A stretch of 64,000 nucleotides of DNA. It comes from a virus. Its lineage: Duplodnaviria > Caudoviricetes. The stretch is from IMG/VR virus record IMGVR_UViG_2907208306_000002, positions 1-64,000 of that record; one strand, given 5' to 3'. A model generated the notes under the pieces. The model did no database searches. It was not told the origin of the DNA and was given only the letters and a program-made list of their open reading frames with translations. Within the stretch, counting starts at the first letter, position 1, and every line of letters begins with the position of its first letter. Below are positions 51,653 to 60,719 of the stretch, in pieces. A program made the translations under genes and the position numbers.

Positions 51653-51841
51653 ATGAAAGTTTCTCAATCCAAAGTATTGCACAAAGAAGGCTCTGTAAGA
51701 ACTAGAGTAGTATATCAAAATAAGAAAGGCTACTACTGTACCGTTGAAGCAAAACGAATATATTTAATAAAAGAAGACGGAATAGTTAATGAGGGGATTT
51801 CAAAAGGGATACAATATGAATTCAAGGAAAATAGCTTATAA
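51653..51841 (+). CDS. Small hypothetical protein bounded by palindromes
   Basis: RBS after 51620 site; stop inside 51838 site. Confidence 0.65.
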   Translation: MKVSQSKVLHKEGSVRTRVVYQNKKGYYCTVEAKRIYLIKEDGIVNEGISKGIQYEFKENSL

Positions 51842-51891
51842 AAGAGTGATTTTATAGTGATATGAAAAATTAAAAATTGGAGGAATTTAAT

Positions 51892-52293
51892 ATGAACACC
51901 GATTCCGTTAAAGCGAGAAGTTTATTAAAAACAGCAAAGCAAGATATCTTAAAAATGTATGGATGGACAGCAAAAGATTATTCTGCACGTATTTCAGAAA
52001 CCAAACAAGGGTTGAAGTTGAATATTAAGTTATTAGTTCCCAGAAAGGGATTTAAAACAATCTGTGATTTTTTGATTGATAAAGTAGGCACAAGACACAG
52101 CCATGTAGATGTTATGCATAAGTCAGTTTTATCACAGGTTGAGTCTATAATTGAACAGGAAGTTGAAAAGGGCATTGATTATGGTTCAATCTCCAGTATG
52201 GACTGGATAGTATATTCAACAGAGGGTTCTAGAAAAGTACAGAACTCGACAATTAGATTTATGAATAGTTTATATGATTACTCAATAGCTTAA
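51892..52293 (+). CDS. Hypothetical protein
   Basis: GGAGG RBS before ATG at 51892. Confidence 0.65.
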   Translation: MNTDSVKARSLLKTAKQDILKMYGWTAKDYSARISETKQGLKLNIKLLVPRKGFKTICDFLIDKVGTRHSHVDVMHKSVLSQVESIIEQEVEKGIDYGSISSMDWIVYSTEGSRKVQNSTIRFMNSLYDYSIA

Positions 52294-52349
52294 TTAGTGA
52301 ATAAAATTCTTGTTTCATTAAAATAAAAATAGGCAGGATAAGAATACTT

Positions 52350-52613
52350 ATGATTGATTCAAAAATTATCATGATGATTCACAATGAAAAAGAGAGCATT
52401 AAGCAAAAGCAAAGGCAACTACTCATCAAATATGGATTCGGCAAGCATTCCAGAGATATTGATAAACAAATCACAGTGTCATTCTTTAGAATGGCAGAGG
52501 AGAGTCAAGAGGATTTAAACTCCTTCATTGATTTAGAAAAGGAATATGTTTGCTGTAACAGTAGGTTAGTTAGTTTGAGGATGAGTAAGCGTGAAGTATT
52601 AAATTCAAGGTAA
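52350..52613 (+). CDS. Hypothetical protein bounded by palindromes
   Basis: Between 52301 and 52610 sites. Confidence 0.6.
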   Translation: MIDSKIIMMIHNEKESIKQKQRQLLIKYGFGKHSRDIDKQITVSFFRMAEESQEDLNSFIDLEKEYVCCNSRLVSLRMSKREVLNSR

Positions 52614-52703
52614 AATGCTTATTTTACCAAACATCATTGCTCAAGCATCTAACGCTAACATATAATCAGAGTGGATAAATTAACTCTGGAGGCTCATAAA
52701 CTC

Positions 52704-52892
52704 ATGGTGTGGACTATATTAGGCATAATCTTAGGTGTTCTTTCAGTGTTATCATTAGTTTTAGGTATGATAAGTTTATTTAATAAAGAGGATTATTCCT
52801 TTACTGGAAGTCGAAGTTATAATAATATGAGTCCATTTATGATGACCATTGTTTATGGAATATTGGCCTATATTATGTTTACGGTGAAATAA
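52704..52892 (+). CDS. Small two-TM membrane protein
   Basis: GGAGG RBS; two hydrophobic stretches. Confidence 0.6.
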   Translation: MVWTILGIILGVLSVLSLVLGMISLFNKEDYSFTGSRSYNNMSPFMMTIVYGILAYIMFTVK

Positions 52893-52939
52893 GAAGTAAA
52901 TAAATTCTTTAAAAGTAAAAATACATTGGAGGATAAGTA

Positions 52940-53134
52940 ATGAATATCGATCAAAAACAAATTGAAAAGATGTGGCAGGAGCTCAAAGAGGTTTCTTTTG
53001 ATGAAGATTACGAAAATCAAGCCTTATACCTTGCTGAAGATTGGAAGCACTTTAAAGAGGGAACATACCAGGAGGAAATACTGCAATGGTTTGACGAAAA
53101 CTATAGTAAGGGTGCTTCAGTTTTCAACCATTAA
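52940..53134 (+). CDS. Small acidic hypothetical protein
   Basis: GGAGG RBS. Confidence 0.65.
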   Translation: MNIDQKQIEKMWQELKEVSFDEDYENQALYLAEDWKHFKEGTYQEEILQWFDENYSKGASVFNH

Positions 53135-53154
53135 ACGATATGGGAGGGTTACAA

Positions 53155-53343
53155 ATGAATCCACTCTTTAAAAAGGTAATCAAGATTTTAAAAGCGCACG
53201 ATATTGAGTTTACTGTCGAAGGCAGTACGATCCTAACGGCTCTTTGCTCTATAGAAATCGGTATGAATGAAGTCAAAGTAAATGACAAACCGGTTAATAT
53301 AGACGGTTTATGGATCACTATAGCAGCCATTGAGGGGAGGTAG
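53155..53343 (+). CDS. Small hypothetical protein
   Basis: GGAGG RBS before ATG at 53155. Confidence 0.6.
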   Translation: MNPLFKKVIKILKAHDIEFTVEGSTILTALCSIEIGMNEVKVNDKPVNIDGLWITIAAIEGR

Positions 53344-53554
53344 GCGGAAGGGTAGCAGAGAGGTCAAGGCCTCAAAAAAACGGCCAGAAACAATTCATAC
53401 ATCCACGATTTTTCTGAATGAAGGGTTACTTTTATCATCTCTCAAAAATGCGAAATTACATATAATAGCGAGCATATTTTGTTTGGGGGATATTTTACAT
53501 AACAGCCAGCACTTTTTCTTTGACCGAAAGTTTTAATTGAGAGGCGGGAACGAG

Positions 53555-53653
53555 ATGAACAAATTTATTAAGCGATTCACCTTTGAAAGTGTTGTATTAT
53601 ACTCGCTTTGTGCAGTCCCTTGGATGGTCTCTATTGTTAAAGCAGTTAATTAA
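53555..53653 (+). CDS. 32-aa hydrophobic peptide
   Basis: MNKFIKRFTFESVVLYSLCAVPWMVSIVKAVN with GAGG upstream; below ORF-track size. Confidence 0.4.
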   Translation: MNKFIKRFTFESVVLYSLCAVPWMVSIVKAVN

Positions 53654-53695
53654 ATTAACATACATAAAATAGTTAATATGAATAGAGGAGGGCTC

Positions 53696-53890
53696 ATGCA
53701 CAAAGTGACGTTGACCAACGCCGAAATAGCCGAATACACTAAGAACCGCCAGGCAATCCGGGACAGTCGAACGCGGTTTGAGGTACGATATCATACCGAA
53801 ATGTGTCTCGGTATTTTGCAGCGTGGCCGAAACCGGTACATAGATAGTTTGGAACATGAGATTACGGAATCAAGTAGCGATGATATTTAA
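53696..53890 (+). CDS. Small hypothetical protein
   Basis: AGGAGG RBS; followed by 53891 site. Confidence 0.6.
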   Translation: MHKVTLTNAEIAEYTKNRQAIRDSRTRFEVRYHTEMCLGILQRGRNRYIDSLEHEITESSSDDI

Positions 53891-53914
53891 ATAAAGCAAC
53901 GATTTTACAGAGAA

Positions 53915-54169
53915 ATGGGGCGAAGATCCGTGGACAAATATGTGATTAAAACGAATCAAGGTTACGTAAAAAATATATTAAAAAGTAAAATCCTTTATAC
54001 CGATGACTTGTCACACGCCAAACTTTATCACTCTTCATATAAGTGCATAGTTTCAATGGCGAATTACAAGTCGTTATTTAAACAGACGTGTCCTTCGATA
54101 CTAAAAATTAAAATGAATATCGAAGCATTTGAGTGGGTAGAAAGTCGATATTTAGTTCAATATCAGTAA
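53915..54169 (+). CDS. Small hypothetical protein
   Basis: ORF after palindrome. Confidence 0.5.
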   Translation: MGRRSVDKYVIKTNQGYVKNILKSKILYTDDLSHAKLYHSSYKCIVSMANYKSLFKQTCPSILKIKMNIEAFEWVESRYLVQYQ

Positions 54170-54197
54170 TTAATTTTAAATATAAATATAGGGAGAT

Positions 54198-54989
54198 ATG
54201 ATAATGACAAAACAGGTTTCTATGGAGTTCAGCGGAAATGAATTGATTTTAATTGAAAGCAGAACGATGCGCGATGAGTATGTGTTCAAAGACACCGTTA
54301 TGGATAAAGTAAAAATTGTTCCACTAATTCCCCATTCAACGGAACTGACAATTCAAATGGCTGCTTCTTATTATGAAGTTGGTGGAGATGCAGTTGAGTC
54401 TATTATTAGAAGAAATCGTGAAGAATTTAATGAATATGGAGAAGTAAGACTATTAAAAGGGAAAACTCTTAAAGAGTTTCGTGACCGTCAGCCTGACGGA
54501 AGCGAAATTATCAGCTCTAACACAAGAAGCTTAACCCTTATTACTCGTCGTGGTTTGTTGCGTATTGGGATGCTTCTTACTCAATCAGAAGTAGCTAAAT
54601 CAATCCGTAACTATCTGCTGAATGTTGAAGAACTAGCACCAGACGAAGTTAGACAATGGGCTGTTGAACGCGAAATTTCGAAGCGTGAACGTAGGCTGTT
54701 AACAGATTCAATTCAAGAGTTCTATATTGCTACTTCGAGTATGGATGACAAATTTAAATATGCCAACTTCACAAATTTGGTTTATAAAGTTCTATGGGAT
54801 ACAGACGCCAAATCACTCAAAGATATGTATGGTATAGAAAAGAATGAATTACTAAGAGATGCATTTAGTACAGAGGATCTAAGAAAAGTCGTCAGTGTAG
54901 AGAGGGCTATTGCAGGGATGTTAAATGTTGACTTTAAGTATGATGAAATTAAAGATAGATTAATGAGTAATCGTTCAAGATTTCAATAA
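54198..54989 (+). CDS. Antirepressor-like DNA-binding protein
   Basis: AASYYEV..IRRNREEF, LLRIGMLLTQSEVAKSIRNYLL, RRLLTDSI..YANFTNLVYK motifs. Confidence 0.55.
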   Translation: MIMTKQVSMEFSGNELILIESRTMRDEYVFKDTVMDKVKIVPLIPHSTELTIQMAASYYEVGGDAVESIIRRNREEFNEYGEVRLLKGKTLKEFRDRQPDGSEIISSNTRSLTLITRRGLLRIGMLLTQSEVAKSIRNYLLNVEELAPDEVRQWAVEREISKRERRLLTDSIQEFYIATSSMDDKFKYANFTNLVYKVLWDTDAKSLKDMYGIEKNELLRDAFSTEDLRKVVSVERAIAGMLNVDFKYDEIKDRLMSNRSRFQ

Positions 54990-55078
54990 AATGCTTTTAA
55001 ATAAAAATAAGTATTAATTAATTCGCTATTGCATATGTTGTTTTATAACTGCATTGCCTGGGAAAAAGGAGGCTTTTT

Positions 55079-55582
55079 ATGAAGAAGCTCATGTTTCTTA
55101 TCAGTGCCTTTCTGATATTTAGTGTTCTAACGGGCTGTAGCAATACTGATCCGGTAGCAGAGGAATTAATATCTTATATTAACGAACAAATGACTCCTCT
55201 GGGAAAAGAGGAACAAGAGTTGCTTAATGCTTACGAAAGCGTAACAGGAGAAAATTATAAAGATGACGAAACAACTCACAAAGTTTTGGTGGAAGAAGTA
55301 ATACCTGGTTACAACGAGTACATTGGGAAAATAGAAGCGATCAAGATTGAATCAAAAGAGTTAAGAGAGGTACATGAAATTTATATAGATGGATTAAATC
55401 TTCAAATCTCGGCCATAACGTCAATCGCTATCGCCTTAGAACAGCAGGATGGAGAGGCTATTGTTGAAGCGAATGAGAAGCTTTCAGAGGCTAGGAAGAT
55501 GATGAGAGAATTTCAGACTAAATTAAAGGAACTAACTAAAGAACACAAAATAAAAATCGAAAATAACAAAAATAACTCCTAG
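55079..55582 (+). CDS. Lipoprotein
   Basis: Signal peptide with LTGC lipobox; terminator follows. Confidence 0.8.
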   Translation: MKKLMFLISAFLIFSVLTGCSNTDPVAEELISYINEQMTPLGKEEQELLNAYESVTGENYKDDETTHKVLVEEVIPGYNEYIGKIEAIKIESKELREVHEIYIDGLNLQISAITSIAIALEQQDGEAIVEANEKLSEARKMMREFQTKLKELTKEHKIKIENNKNNS

Positions 55583-55749
55583 TTCTTCAAGGGGTTATTT
55601 TTTATACACCTTGTTTTTATAAAAGTTTATTATCAAAGAGTAGTTATAAGCTGCTCTTTTTGTTTCATTGAAAAAATAAATTTCATTTGAATATTTAAAT
55701 TGTATAATTAAAATTGAAATAAATAAATTAACACAAAGGATTTGGTAGC

Positions 55750-55989
55750 TTGAAGACTATTAACTTTTTTCATCCAAGTACAAAAATACCCATGATTGCC
55801 GAATGGGACGAAGACGGAAAAACGGTAATGTTCAATTATGACAACTTTGAACAAGCCAGGAAAGACTTCGACTCAAAGGCGATCGAAGAAACGAGAGAAT
55901 GGTGTATTCAAAGCGCGATAAATTGTTACAGCATTGAACAAGCTAATGACCATCTGGCTCATCTGAAAATCATCTCAACATTTAATTAG
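55750..55989 (+). CDS. Small hypothetical protein
   Basis: AAGGA RBS; terminator at about 55998-56027. Confidence 0.6.
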   Translation: MKTINFFHPSTKIPMIAEWDEDGKTVMFNYDNFEQARKDFDSKAIEETREWCIQSAINCYSIEQANDHLAHLKIISTFN

Positions 55990-56097
55990 ACCCAAATAAG
56001 GAACCTTAAATATAGGGGTTCCTTTTTATAAAATAAATATATACATACAATAAATTGTGTGATATAATTTAACTAACAAATCAAAGAGGTGAAGAAA

Positions 56098-56241
56098 ATG
56101 TATAAGGTAAAGGTTATGGAAAAAGTTCTGGGCAAACTTGTTTTGAATACATATACTTTTTCTAGAGAAGATCAGATGCTAATGTTCAAGCAAATGTGTG
56201 AAGAGGACGGAGTATTAGTTTTCATCCAAAAGGCAGCTTAA
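56098..56241 (+). CDS. 47-aa hypothetical protein
   Basis: GAGGTGA RBS after class 2 promoter. Confidence 0.55.
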   Translation: MYKVKVMEKVLGKLVLNTYTFSREDQMLMFKQMCEEDGVLVFIQKAA

Positions 56242-56256
56242 GGTATATCTAAGGAG

Positions 56257-56481
56257 ATGGAGTTAATGATTACAACTGAGTCAATTTTTTCAAAGTTAAG
56301 TGATGATGATCTTCGTAAAGCTTTTGCGGAATATGAAAACTGGAGAGAAACAGGGGTTCTACAGGAAGGAATAATCCGTAGAGCACATGAAGAACTTCAA
56401 GAAGTAAATGGATATTCGATTATGATTCATTCTCTAACTGAACCACTGTTGTACGTGATTATCAAAAGACTGATAAAATGA
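56257..56481 (+). CDS. Small hypothetical protein
   Basis: Stop lies within 56473 palindrome. Confidence 0.6.
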   Translation: MELMITTESIFSKLSDDDLRKAFAEYENWRETGVLQEGIIRRAHEELQEVNGYSIMIHSLTEPLLYVIIKRLIK

Positions 56482-56518
56482 TCCTTTTATTCAAATAAAT
56501 TAGATAAGGAATGATACT

Positions 56519-56896
56519 ATGTTGAGCAGAATTAATAGATTTGATGAAAAGGTGAAGCTAGAAAACACATATAAAGTAAAAAACGATCATTATATTGTTG
56601 AGATAGAAATTAAAGAATTTGCAAATATCTTTGGTATTGATGTTGTCTATACAGAGCGCAACCTGCAAGAAGACGAAAGTCCACCACAACTTACAGTCAA
56701 TATTAACTTTAACAAAAAGTACACTTCTTATAATCCGTTTATTAAAATGCTTGAGGTCAGTGGAAGTTATTTGTTCGTCGATGGTATTTTGAAATTCGAA
56801 CGGTTTCCACAACTTAAAGAATCCAAAGTGCTGATGTTCATTACTACTATTGATCATTTGGAAGCAGAGAATTTAAAGAAACCAGTAAGAAAATAA
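56519..56896 (+). CDS. Hypothetical protein bounded by palindromes
   Basis: Between 56473 and 56893 sites. Confidence 0.6.
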   Translation: MLSRINRFDEKVKLENTYKVKNDHYIVEIEIKEFANIFGIDVVYTERNLQEDESPPQLTVNINFNKKYTSYNPFIKMLEVSGSYLFVDGILKFERFPQLKESKVLMFITTIDHLEAENLKKPVRK

Positions 56897-56926
56897 AATG
56901 AATATTTCATAAGGAGGAGGATTGTA

Positions 56927-57445
56927 ATGAAATTTAAGGATATCAAACCATACATACAGTGCAATAACTATTCTGTTGATGTTTCTTTGAGATATCTTGA
57001 AAGCACCATAGATGAGTATATTGAAGAGATGGGTTTGGAATTAGATCCAGACTTTCAAAGAGGCCATGTTTGGACGGAACAACAACAAGAGCTTTATATA
57101 GAACATTTGTTGCGCGAGGGTGTCTCAGGGTTAGACATTTACTTCAATCATACTAAATGGCAAGGAACAGAGGGAAAGGGGGATGGATGGTTCGTGTGCG
57201 TTGATGGGCTACAACGTCTTACGGCATGCCTTGGATTCCTTAGAAATCAAATTAAAGCATTTGGTCACTTTTACGAAGACTTTGAAGATAAGATTCCAAT
57301 GATGATACGCTTGAGTTTTCATGTTAATAACCTTCAAACTCGTAAAGAAGTACTTGAATGGTACTTACAGATGAATAGTGGCGGCACTGTTCACAGTCAA
57401 GATGAGTTGGATCGAGTTACGGGATTATTGGCAGCTGAGTCTTGA
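56927..57445 (+). CDS. Stand-alone DUF262 (ParB/Srx-like) domain protein
   Basis: PDFQRGHVW, VDGLQRLT, MNSGG motifs. Confidence 0.8.
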   Translation: MKFKDIKPYIQCNNYSVDVSLRYLESTIDEYIEEMGLELDPDFQRGHVWTEQQQELYIEHLLREGVSGLDIYFNHTKWQGTEGKGDGWFVCVDGLQRLTACLGFLRNQIKAFGHFYEDFEDKIPMMIRLSFHVNNLQTRKEVLEWYLQMNSGGTVHSQDELDRVTGLLAAES

Positions 57446-57479
57446 TAAAAAGATTATTTTATGAAGAGATGAGAATTAT

Positions 57480-57644
57480 ATGAAACTCATATCTAAGCAA
57501 TTGGTTAAGATCGAGGAATACGCATACGATACACAGGAAGAATGTAATGAACATGCTAAGAAGATGATTCACGATGGCTTTGAGATAAGAATTAAATATC
57601 ATGATGTGTATCAATATTACAGAGAGTACGCTAAGTGCAGCTGA
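57480..57644 (+). CDS. 54-aa hypothetical protein
   Basis: Fills the gap between 57445 and 57643 sites. Confidence 0.5.
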   Translation: MKLISKQLVKIEEYAYDTQEECNEHAKKMIHDGFEIRIKYHDVYQYYREYAKCS

Positions 57645-57674
57645 TATAAGGTTCTTTCATAAGGAGATGATTAT

Positions 57675-57863
57675 GTGAAGAAAGTGAAAATCAACATTGA
57701 GAACGTGGACTTTGGTGGTATTTCAAAAGATATTGAGAGAAAAATTAGAAAAACTCCAGAGAAGATATATGATGTCGTAAAGGTTGAAACTGCTACATAT
57801 CCAATAACGTTGGAAGGTATTATGTATAGATTTAAACAGAGTGAATTGATCGTAATCGAGTAA
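57675..57863 (+). CDS. Small hypothetical protein
   Basis: AAGGAG RBS. Confidence 0.6.
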   Translation: MKKVKINIENVDFGGISKDIERKIRKTPEKIYDVVKVETATYPITLEGIMYRFKQSELIVIE

Positions 57864-57893
57864 AAAACTATTTTATAAGGAGATGAGAAAGAT

Positions 57894-58136
57894 ATGGCAT
57901 TTCTGGAGGGTAAGAATGTTGCCCCACGATTAGCAGTTGAGTCAAAAAAGTTGGTTGGTAAGCGCGTAAGATATCTAAGATCTCAAGATATCGATAAATC
58001 AGGTCGAGGCCATTTCTTTCCACGTACAGGTATTGTTGAAAGCATATATGGTAGGAATATAATGCTGGATAATGGCATAGATATCCATTTCAGCGATATT
58101 GTTGAGTTGGTTGTAATAAATGATGAAACAGAATGA
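57894..58136 (+). CDS. Small SH3-like hypothetical protein
   Basis: AAGGAG RBS; stop inside 58133 site. Confidence 0.65.
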   Translation: MAFLEGKNVAPRLAVESKKLVGKRVRYLRSQDIDKSGRGHFFPRTGIVESIYGRNIMLDNGIDIHFSDIVELVVINDETE

Positions 58137-58165
58137 AAGGATTCATTTACTGGGAGTTGAATTAG

Positions 58166-58273
58166 ATGATAAAAAAGTATTTACCAGTATTTTTCGGAGT
58201 GTTTATGGGGCTATGCATTCTTGGATTAGCAATATGGTGGAGCGAAGGTATTAAATTGATAGCTAATAAATAA
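58166..58273 (+). CDS. 35-aa single-TM peptide
   Basis: MIKKYLPVFFGVFMGLCILGLAIWWSEGIKLIANK; GGGAG RBS. Confidence 0.55.
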   Translation: MIKKYLPVFFGVFMGLCILGLAIWWSEGIKLIANK

Positions 58274-58315
58274 GCTAGTAATAGAAGTAATTTATTCGCT
58301 TAGGAGGTATTATAA

Positions 58316-58480
58316 ATGTTGTACAAACTTCTAACAAGAATGTTGGCCAATAAGTTGAATTTATGGGTATCCACTTCCCATGGAATATTTATTGCTGATG
58401 TTCGTGGACATTCTTTTTCAAAAGAGTTCAGAAACTGGAAAGAGGCTCACCGATTTTTAAAAACAATGTACAAACTCTAA
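58316..58480 (+). CDS. 54-aa hypothetical protein
   Basis: AGGAGG RBS. Confidence 0.6.
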   Translation: MLYKLLTRMLANKLNLWVSTSHGIFIADVRGHSFSKEFRNWKEAHRFLKTMYKL

Positions 58481-58536
58481 AATAGGCTTCTTTGTAAAAT
58501 AAATATAAATAAAATTATAATAATGGAGGAATTCAA

Positions 58537-58716
58537 ATGGATACATACGATATCGTTGTGAATAAACAAGTGGTGGAAAGCATCCCTCAGCAAGGACGCT
58601 GCAGAGAGGCTATGAGCTTCATTATTATGGACAGGGTGTACAAGCTTACAAGCGAATTCAAAACGTATGTAGAGGTCTACAGCCGCAAAACAGGAGGGGT
58701 TTACCGATATGTTTAG
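58537..58716 (+). CDS. 59-aa hypothetical protein
   Basis: GGAGG RBS. Confidence 0.6.
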   Translation: MDTYDIVVNKQVVESIPQQGRCREAMSFIIMDRVYKLTSEFKTYVEVYSRKTGGVYRYV

Positions 58717-59116
58717 GGGAGGCAAATAGATTAAAGGAAAACTGTATGTTCGAACTCCTGGCTCTAATTGGGTGGAATTAAAATTATTAATTAGGAGGGA
58801 GTGAGGGAGTATTAAAGCCATTAGCGACCTACAAAAACAGCGTGATACCCTAGCAATGTTGTATAATTTAAATTTACAGTCAACAACTGAATTAGAGTTA
58901 GAAGTCATAAAAAATGAAATTAATGATTTAGACAGAATGATCTCAAAATATCTGTTGAAAATGATAGATAATACTGTTCTTGACTTACCTAGTATTGTAA
59001 GATATTAATAACTCGGTTAGATAACGATATGTATTAACACCAATTGAAAATTAAACCGATATAGGCGATCTAAGCTCTTAGGTCGTCTATATTTTACAAC
59101 TTAGGAGGAGCTGCAG

Positions 59117-59368
59117 ATGGTGAAATCAAAGACTCCCAAAAGGCCGACAAGGGACGAATTTGTGTTAGAGGAGTTAGGTAATCAGCTTACAGAGGCTTAT
59201 CAAGAGGAATCGCAAATTCAGCTTACTGTGTGGGCCTGGGAAGAGCCGGTAAGAGGACAGATTGATAAAATGGACTCCCGTACGGGGAAAGTGCACATCA
59301 AGAAGGATGGAATCATTACCAAGGTTCCGTTCATGGACATAATGGAAGTTAACTATCCAAGGGATTGA
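59117..59368 (+). CDS. yolD: YolD-like protein
   Basis: RPTRDEFVLEELGNQLTEA..LTVW..G.I..MD pattern; size. Confidence 0.7.
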   Translation: MVKSKTPKRPTRDEFVLEELGNQLTEAYQEESQIQLTVWAWEEPVRGQIDKMDSRTGKVHIKKDGIITKVPFMDIMEVNYPRD

Positions 59369-59420
59369 TTGTTCAATAAAGGCTGCTATATCCTATATAA
59401 ATGGAGGATGGATTATTAAT

Positions 59421-59576
59421 ATGAGCGAGTTTTATAAAAACCTTATGAGGGGACTTGGAGTGGGCTTTTCTATTTTAATAATTTTTATCCTCTTACTCCT
59501 TATTATGGAGTTTGTTTTTAGCAGTTCTTTATTCGATGATTTAACAACCTATTTATATAGATTGGCCTTAAAATAA
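59421..59576 (+). CDS. 51-aa single-TM peptide
   Basis: GGAGG RBS; hydrophobic core. Confidence 0.55.
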   Translation: MSEFYKNLMRGLGVGFSILIIFILLLLIMEFVFSSSLFDDLTTYLYRLALK

Positions 59577-59597
59577 CTATTTATATGGAGGAATACG

Positions 59598-59858
59598 ATG
59601 CTATTTTATAAAATACCAAATGACAGAGAACACGAATTTCATGGGGATGCCAGGTATTATTATGTCGTATCTTTTGACGTGCCTTCAAAGCAATATGAAG
59701 GAAAAATCATGGTTCCATCCGATGAAAAATTGGAAGAAGATGATATTTTTCAAGCGGCTCAGGACTATTTGATGGATCACTTTAAAAATGTCTTTGGAAA
59801 AGTCAAATTTGCCGCAGAAGTTAAAATACTAGAAGCATATGATAGGATGGCGGAGTGA
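59598..59858 (+). CDS. Small hypothetical protein
   Basis: GGAGG RBS. Confidence 0.6.
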   Translation: MLFYKIPNDREHEFHGDARYYYVVSFDVPSKQYEGKIMVPSDEKLEEDDIFQAAQDYLMDHFKNVFGKVKFAAEVKILEAYDRMAE

Positions 59859-59922
59859 TTGCTCAGACTCAATTGTCTAGGCAATTTACTTGTTTTATTT
59901 TTAATATCAAAGGGGGACTAAT

Positions 59923-60165
59923 ATGATCTATTCTGAACAGTTAATCAATGAGATCAAAGATGTTCTTAAAAAAGATTTCAACTTGAAACAAGTGATTTTT
60001 AAGGAGCAACTTGGTGAGGATTTATACTTCGAAGCGCTGGGAATGGAACGAGGAAGCGAATACAGTTTTAGATATAAGCCACAGGCCAAAACTCTCTTCC
60101 ATAAGTTAAATAATAATTGGTCTCAAATCAAGGGATATCAAATCGAATTAACCAATCAAATGTAG
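59923..60165 (+). CDS. Small hypothetical protein
   Basis: GGGGG RBS. Confidence 0.6.
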   Translation: MIYSEQLINEIKDVLKKDFNLKQVIFKEQLGEDLYFEALGMERGSEYSFRYKPQAKTLFHKLNNNWSQIKGYQIELTNQM

Positions 60166-60218
60166 ATTCCATTCGAAATTTATATATTAACTTTCATCGG
60201 GACGAAAATGAACCTGCC

Positions 60219-60719
60219 TTAAATGGCAGGTTTTTCTTTGTTTGTGAGACCTAATTTTTCAGCTCTTCTGATAATCTCAAGCAAATTTTTCATGTCCTCA
60301 GTAACGTCTGATGGCTTAGAATTAAGCTGCTGTTCGAGTTCAGCATTCCTGTTCTGCAGGTTAGCGATGGTTACTCTCATGCCTTCAAGTTGATCTTTGA
60401 TTGCTTGTAACGAGTTAATTACCTGGTCTATATCGATCTCAGGCGCGTATGGTTTAACTGAGGGGATTGCGGCAGAGAGTTTGGGCTGTTTTATTCCTTG
60501 AGTTTGTTTTCTTTTTAATTTTGCTTCTTTAATCTGCCCTTCATATCGCTTACGTAAATTAGAATTCCATCTAAATCCACATGCTGCCGGTGTTCTGTTT
60601 GTTTTTTCAGCAACCAGATCAAAAGCATATAATTGTGTTTCACCCTTCTCAATACAGTTTAATACTGTTTCAGAGAGACAGATATCGTCTTCATAAGTCC
60701 ATCCGTCTTGTCTTTTCAT
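60219..60719 (-). CDS. rsfA: RsfA/YlbO-family transcriptional regulator
   Basis: RQDGWTYEDD..L.ETVL..GETQL.AF..RTPAACGFRWNS; GGAGG RBS. Confidence 0.85.
   Translation of the reverse strand: MKRQDGWTYEDDICLSETVLNCIEKGETQLYAFDLVAEKTNRTPAACGFRWNSNLRKRYEGQIKEAKLKRKQTQGIKQPKLSAAIPSVKPYAPEIDIDQVINSLQAIKDQLEGMRVTIANLQNRNAELEQQLNSKPSDVTEDMKNLLEIIRRAEKLGLTNKEKPAI

Larger units (their letters stand above)
51300..58150. repeat. Dense series of 18-bp gene-junction palindromes
   Basis: Copies start at 51300, 51620, 51838, 52301, 52610, 53891, 56473, 56893, 57445, 57859, 58133. Confidence 0.8.

Noticed and set aside
54986-55003. ATAAAATGCTTTTAAATA as a junction palindrome
   Set aside because: The left arm is at a stop codon but the spacing is wrong; not counted.
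58477-58908. 143-aa minus-strand ORF
   Set aside because: Opposes + strand small genes that have good RBSs.
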